The position numbers and the translations under genes were made by a program. DNA of 53,603 nt, filler included, from Bipalium vagum (taxonomy: Eukaryota): assembly GCA_037834085.1 (NCBI GenBank). It is 3 parts of 3 records of this genome, joined end to end, with 100 filler letters (N's around TTAATTAATTAA, not from the genome) between each part and the next. Parts side by side here need not be neighbours in the genome. Positions count along the whole stretch, not along the records: positions 36,107 to 53,603 come from JBBMKC010062949.1; 2 more parts are not named here. One strand, 5' to 3'. The notes beneath the pieces were generated by a model, which saw only the letters and a program-made list of their open reading frames with translations, searched no databases and was not told the origin of the DNA. Shown here one piece after another: positions 50,050-53,603 of this stretch (positions are counted from its first letter, which is position 1; every line of letters begins with the position of its first letter).

Positions 50050-51120
50050 ATTCTATTTACAAACTAATCATGCTTGTGATATAGTTAAAGTATTAGTCGT
50101 TTGTAATAAACCAAAAGTTAAGTTTCTATTTCTATTTAAATTTGCTGATGTTGTATTTTTTTAATAAATGACATGATTGAAATTAAGAAATTATTATAAT
50201 CAAATTTATAATATTTTTTTCATAAAACAGATTTTAATACTTTTTCATTTTCTAAATATATATTCATATGATAATTAAAAAAGTAATCAAAATCTTCTTT
50301 TTCAATAAAATGAGCTAACATTTTTGAATAAATTAAATTTTTTATCAGATTCTGAAAGTTCAGAATTTTGAAACATTGAATTATTTCTAAAACCACTGAA
50401 AAGTAAATAAAGAATAATTGAGATGACATGACTTAAATAAATTAATGAATATTTATCACATTTTCCTCTATTAAAATACATGTATATATTATGTTGATAT
50501 TAAGTACACCCTGTTATTACATTATCTAAATTAATTAAAATTTTAGTTTTATATAATTAATTCTCTGGTTGAATTTCTTCATTTTTATCAGATAAGATAA
50601 CATAATTTTTTCTTAGTTCATAATCATTGTCTTATGAATTTTGATTTCTTTTTAACTTCTTTATTGAAACCAAAACAATCATTAATAAACTGAAAAGCTG
50701 AAAGTGGAAAAACTTTCATATTTGCAGTTAATAAAATTTTATATGATAGTTCTATTCTAATAAAACTAGAAGGACCAATAAATAACATTCTAAATATTAA
50801 AGGTTAATTTTTATGAGGATTATCGCTGTATTCTCATCTACAAAATAAAAAAAGCCATATATTTATTAAATTAAAAATTTTAATTTAATTTTTTAAAATC
50901 AATAGTAAAACTCATTTGTTCATTATTAAAATCTACCAATCCATCATTATTATTAATTATTTTATTTTTTATTCTTTGAATTTTTTACTTTAGTGTGAAA
51001 ATAAATTAGAATTTTAAGTCTTTCAGTACTTCTATATCACTTTCAAAGTGTATTACATGGAAAATTAAATATTAAATTAGTTTTTTATTATAATAAACAT
51101 CTTCAACTACCATTAAATCA
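50050..51120 (-). mobile_element. Second Maverick/Polinton fragment: minor capsid C-term, packaging ATPase, start of major capsid
   Basis: NNNDGLVDFNNEQMSFTIDFK (penton-like C-terminus); PLIFRMLFIGPSS (Walker A start); YFNRGK..SLIYLS (RGRH..IYLSQ-like); ORF 50220..50429; then SANLNRNRNLTF, similar to the MCP start near 320. Confidence 0.7.
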
Positions 51121-51135
51121 TTATTTATTTGGTTG

Positions 51136-51803
51136 AAATTCGGTTTGTTCCCGTTTGAAGGTCATTTTAGATATTATTCTGAAATATTGAAAATTTCAGA
51201 TTATCCTTAAATCGTGTCCATTTTGGACAGCCACAGTTCCGGGAAGAGTGGTGATCAAATTTTGACAGAGATAGATTAGTATATATATACATAGAATCGT
51301 TAGACAATTCATATGGTATATTGGAATACCTGTGGCAACGAAAATTTTAAGAATGGTAGATTGTTGAAATTTCAAAAAAATATCTATGTATAAGTTTGTT
51401 TGAAAATCGCTAAAAGTTGAAAATTTTTAATAGCTGTTACTAAAGAAACGAAGGTCGTGGAGGGTCAAGATTGGTTTTATCAGGGAGCCAACCGTTGAAA
51501 ATGTACTAATTAGTATATTTCCGGGCTCGAGGATGGTCTGGGGATCTACATTTACAGGTTGAAAGAGCAAAAAGATACTTAGTGCGAGGTGGTATTTTAG
51601 AGTCTAAGAAAACTGTAAATTGAGATTTTGGGTCAACCAAGTACTAGTTTTTCCAGAAAAAAATAAGAGAGAAAAAAAAGCCCTATTATTCGGTATAAGC
51701 TATCGGTCATAATTCGAAAAATATTTTTGAATTTTTTAAAAATCTAAAAATTTACCATGATTAAACTATTATATTTAAACAAAACGGGAGTAAACCAAAT
51801 TTA
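51136..51803. mobile_element. Non-autonomous TIR element
   Basis: AAATTCGGTTTGTTCCCGTTTG versus CAAAACGGGAGTAAACCAAATTT, an imperfect ~22-bp inverted repeat bounding a GC-richer non-coding block. Confidence 0.5.
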
Positions 51804-53509
51804 CTCCATTTATTTATATTTGATATCTAAGTATGTTTTGAATAACGTATTTCTTCCATAAATATATTTCACATATATTTTCCTTAAAATATGTACTATA
51901 TTTTTCTATTGGAAATTTAATTTTACACTCTTTAGCTATTATCATCATGTAATTTACTGAAATTGGATTTTGTTTTATTTTTATATAATATTCGTTCTCC
52001 TTAAAATGTTCCGAAGTTTTATTATATTTAAATATTTTTTATATATTTCATTTATTTAAAATGCCCCGGGTGTTTAATATAAATATATATAATTTTGTTT
52101 TAACAACAAAAATCGAAGATATAATAATAATAAAGATTGGTGGAAATTATTTTAGTAATAAAAAATTAAAATTATTTAATTACATTTATATAAAAAGACA
52201 AGTAGCCTGAACCAGAACTTAGACGCACTTGAAAAAATGATTGATGTTCACTTGAAAGCGAAAGGCACCTAATCATCCTTCAGCTTATTAAATCAGTATT
52301 TATTCGAAAATGATACTTTTCCTTTGGTTCTTATTATCCAGTGATAATAAATGTTGTTTTTCCCTATAAGATTATTAATGAAATTCAAAAAGAAGTTCAT
52401 AAAGTTCTTACAAATAAAAGAAATTTAAAAACTGGCACAAAGAAAATTTGTGTTTTGAAAATCAAGACATTAAATTTGTAAAATCCATAATTTTAGAAAC
52501 ATGAAGTTACAGTTCCAAAGAAAATGAAAATATATAAGGTCAAATTGCTTTTGAAACTCATGGGCTTACATGGTATGCAGCTAGGGAAAACAATCAAAAC
52601 TTAAAAATTATGAAGACTGGTATACAGGATATCGTCGAGATCCTTCAGGTATTTCCAAAGTTAATTTCAAACGGTTTGGAGTCACAAATAATGTGAACAA
52701 TAGGCATATTTCTCAATATCTGGGCATATAAATATATTCCACATTTTTAATTTTACGATTCACAGATTTTGTGAGAAGAAAGATATCTACAAGATCAGAT
52801 GCATTCTTTCTCATAGTTAACTGAAAACATAAGCATATACGTATTTGGAGCAATTAGCACTCTTCAAACACAACCCCAATGAATTTATTCTTGGCTTTTA
52901 TATCATTGATGACATTCGGATAAGATTGTAACTGGTGTAAAAGCGATGAATACTATTATTTCAAATGCACAAGCTGTAATTCTAATGCAATCACACAAAA
53001 TAGCGAAAATAGTGAATATATAAACAGAATTAATGGTCCATTGCAATGAAAGAATTCAAATAAAACTGTCACACATGATAAAGAAAAAGTGATTGTCATA
53101 CTATGACAAAAGTCATTAAATACAAATTTGGTCTTTTAGCAAGTTCATGCCTTGTTTTTGATAATATCATCCGTTAGAAGTATCCCTTGTTGTTCATCGT
53201 AAAAACTTATTCAAGAAGAACTTGTTCTAATTTCCGATATTACTCGTTTTACATGATTTGAAGTAAGACCATCGACATCAGTAATTTTCAAGTTTTTACT
53301 TGTAATTTGCCTGCTAATTTTTTTCCTGAACTTTTACGGAAAAGTTTTGCTAACTCTTTATGGTTTTATTTGAAATCTTATGGCTGGAAATCCTTGATTT
53401 TCATTAATGAAAAAATTATTCTTTTTCCCACCATTATTGTAAAAATAATTAAACAAAATACGTACAAAATTTTGAAACTAATGAAAGAGACTCAACTAAT
53501 TAGATGATC

Positions 53510-53535
53510 TTACTACTACTACTACTACAACAACA

Positions 53536-53603
<68 letters not shown>
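53510..53603. repeat. (TAC)n microsatellite with a short (CAA) interruption
   Basis: About 30 trinucleotide units running to the window end. Confidence 0.97.

Noticed and set aside
53510-53603. (ACT)n as a Maverick terminal AGT/ACT repeat or telomere
   Set aside because: Long interrupted microsatellite with no adjacent TIR or Maverick genes; other trinucleotide runs occur in the window.
1-53603. CRISPR array or prokaryotic operons
   Set aside because: No regularly spaced repeats; spliceosomal introns and metazoan genes show the DNA is eukaryotic.

Overview
Very AT-rich animal (invertebrate, probably arthropod-like) nuclear DNA densely littered with decayed mobile elements. It is interrupted by two artificial 100-nt joins (44 N + TTAATTAATTAA + 44 N at 18043 and 36007) and one 140-N gap, so adjacency across these points is unreliable. 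Host genes: an intronless GT32 (DXD) glycosyltransferase, the first four exons of an SLC5 sodium:solute symporter, an 11-exon TEX2 (PH-like + SMP lipid-transfer) gene lacking only its last exon, and an intronless BMI1/PCGF-like RING-RAWUL gene. The most striking region is 1-7.8 kb. A decayed Maverick/Polinton (packaging ATPase, major capsid, protein-primed PolB) is interrupted by a GC-richer insert. The insert encodes a chuvirus-like (class III/gB-like) envelope glycoprotein, preceded by a splice acceptor and followed on the same strand by a retropepsin-like protease. A second Maverick morphogenesis fragment (minor capsid-ATPase-major capsid) lies at 50-51 kb. Other elements: mariner/Tc1, Merlin (one with an intron), MULE, hAT, a Ty3/Gypsy integrase, solo-LTR families, foldback MITEs and a tRNA-Ala pseudogene. 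Family assignments come from manual translation and motif recognition, not from database searches.
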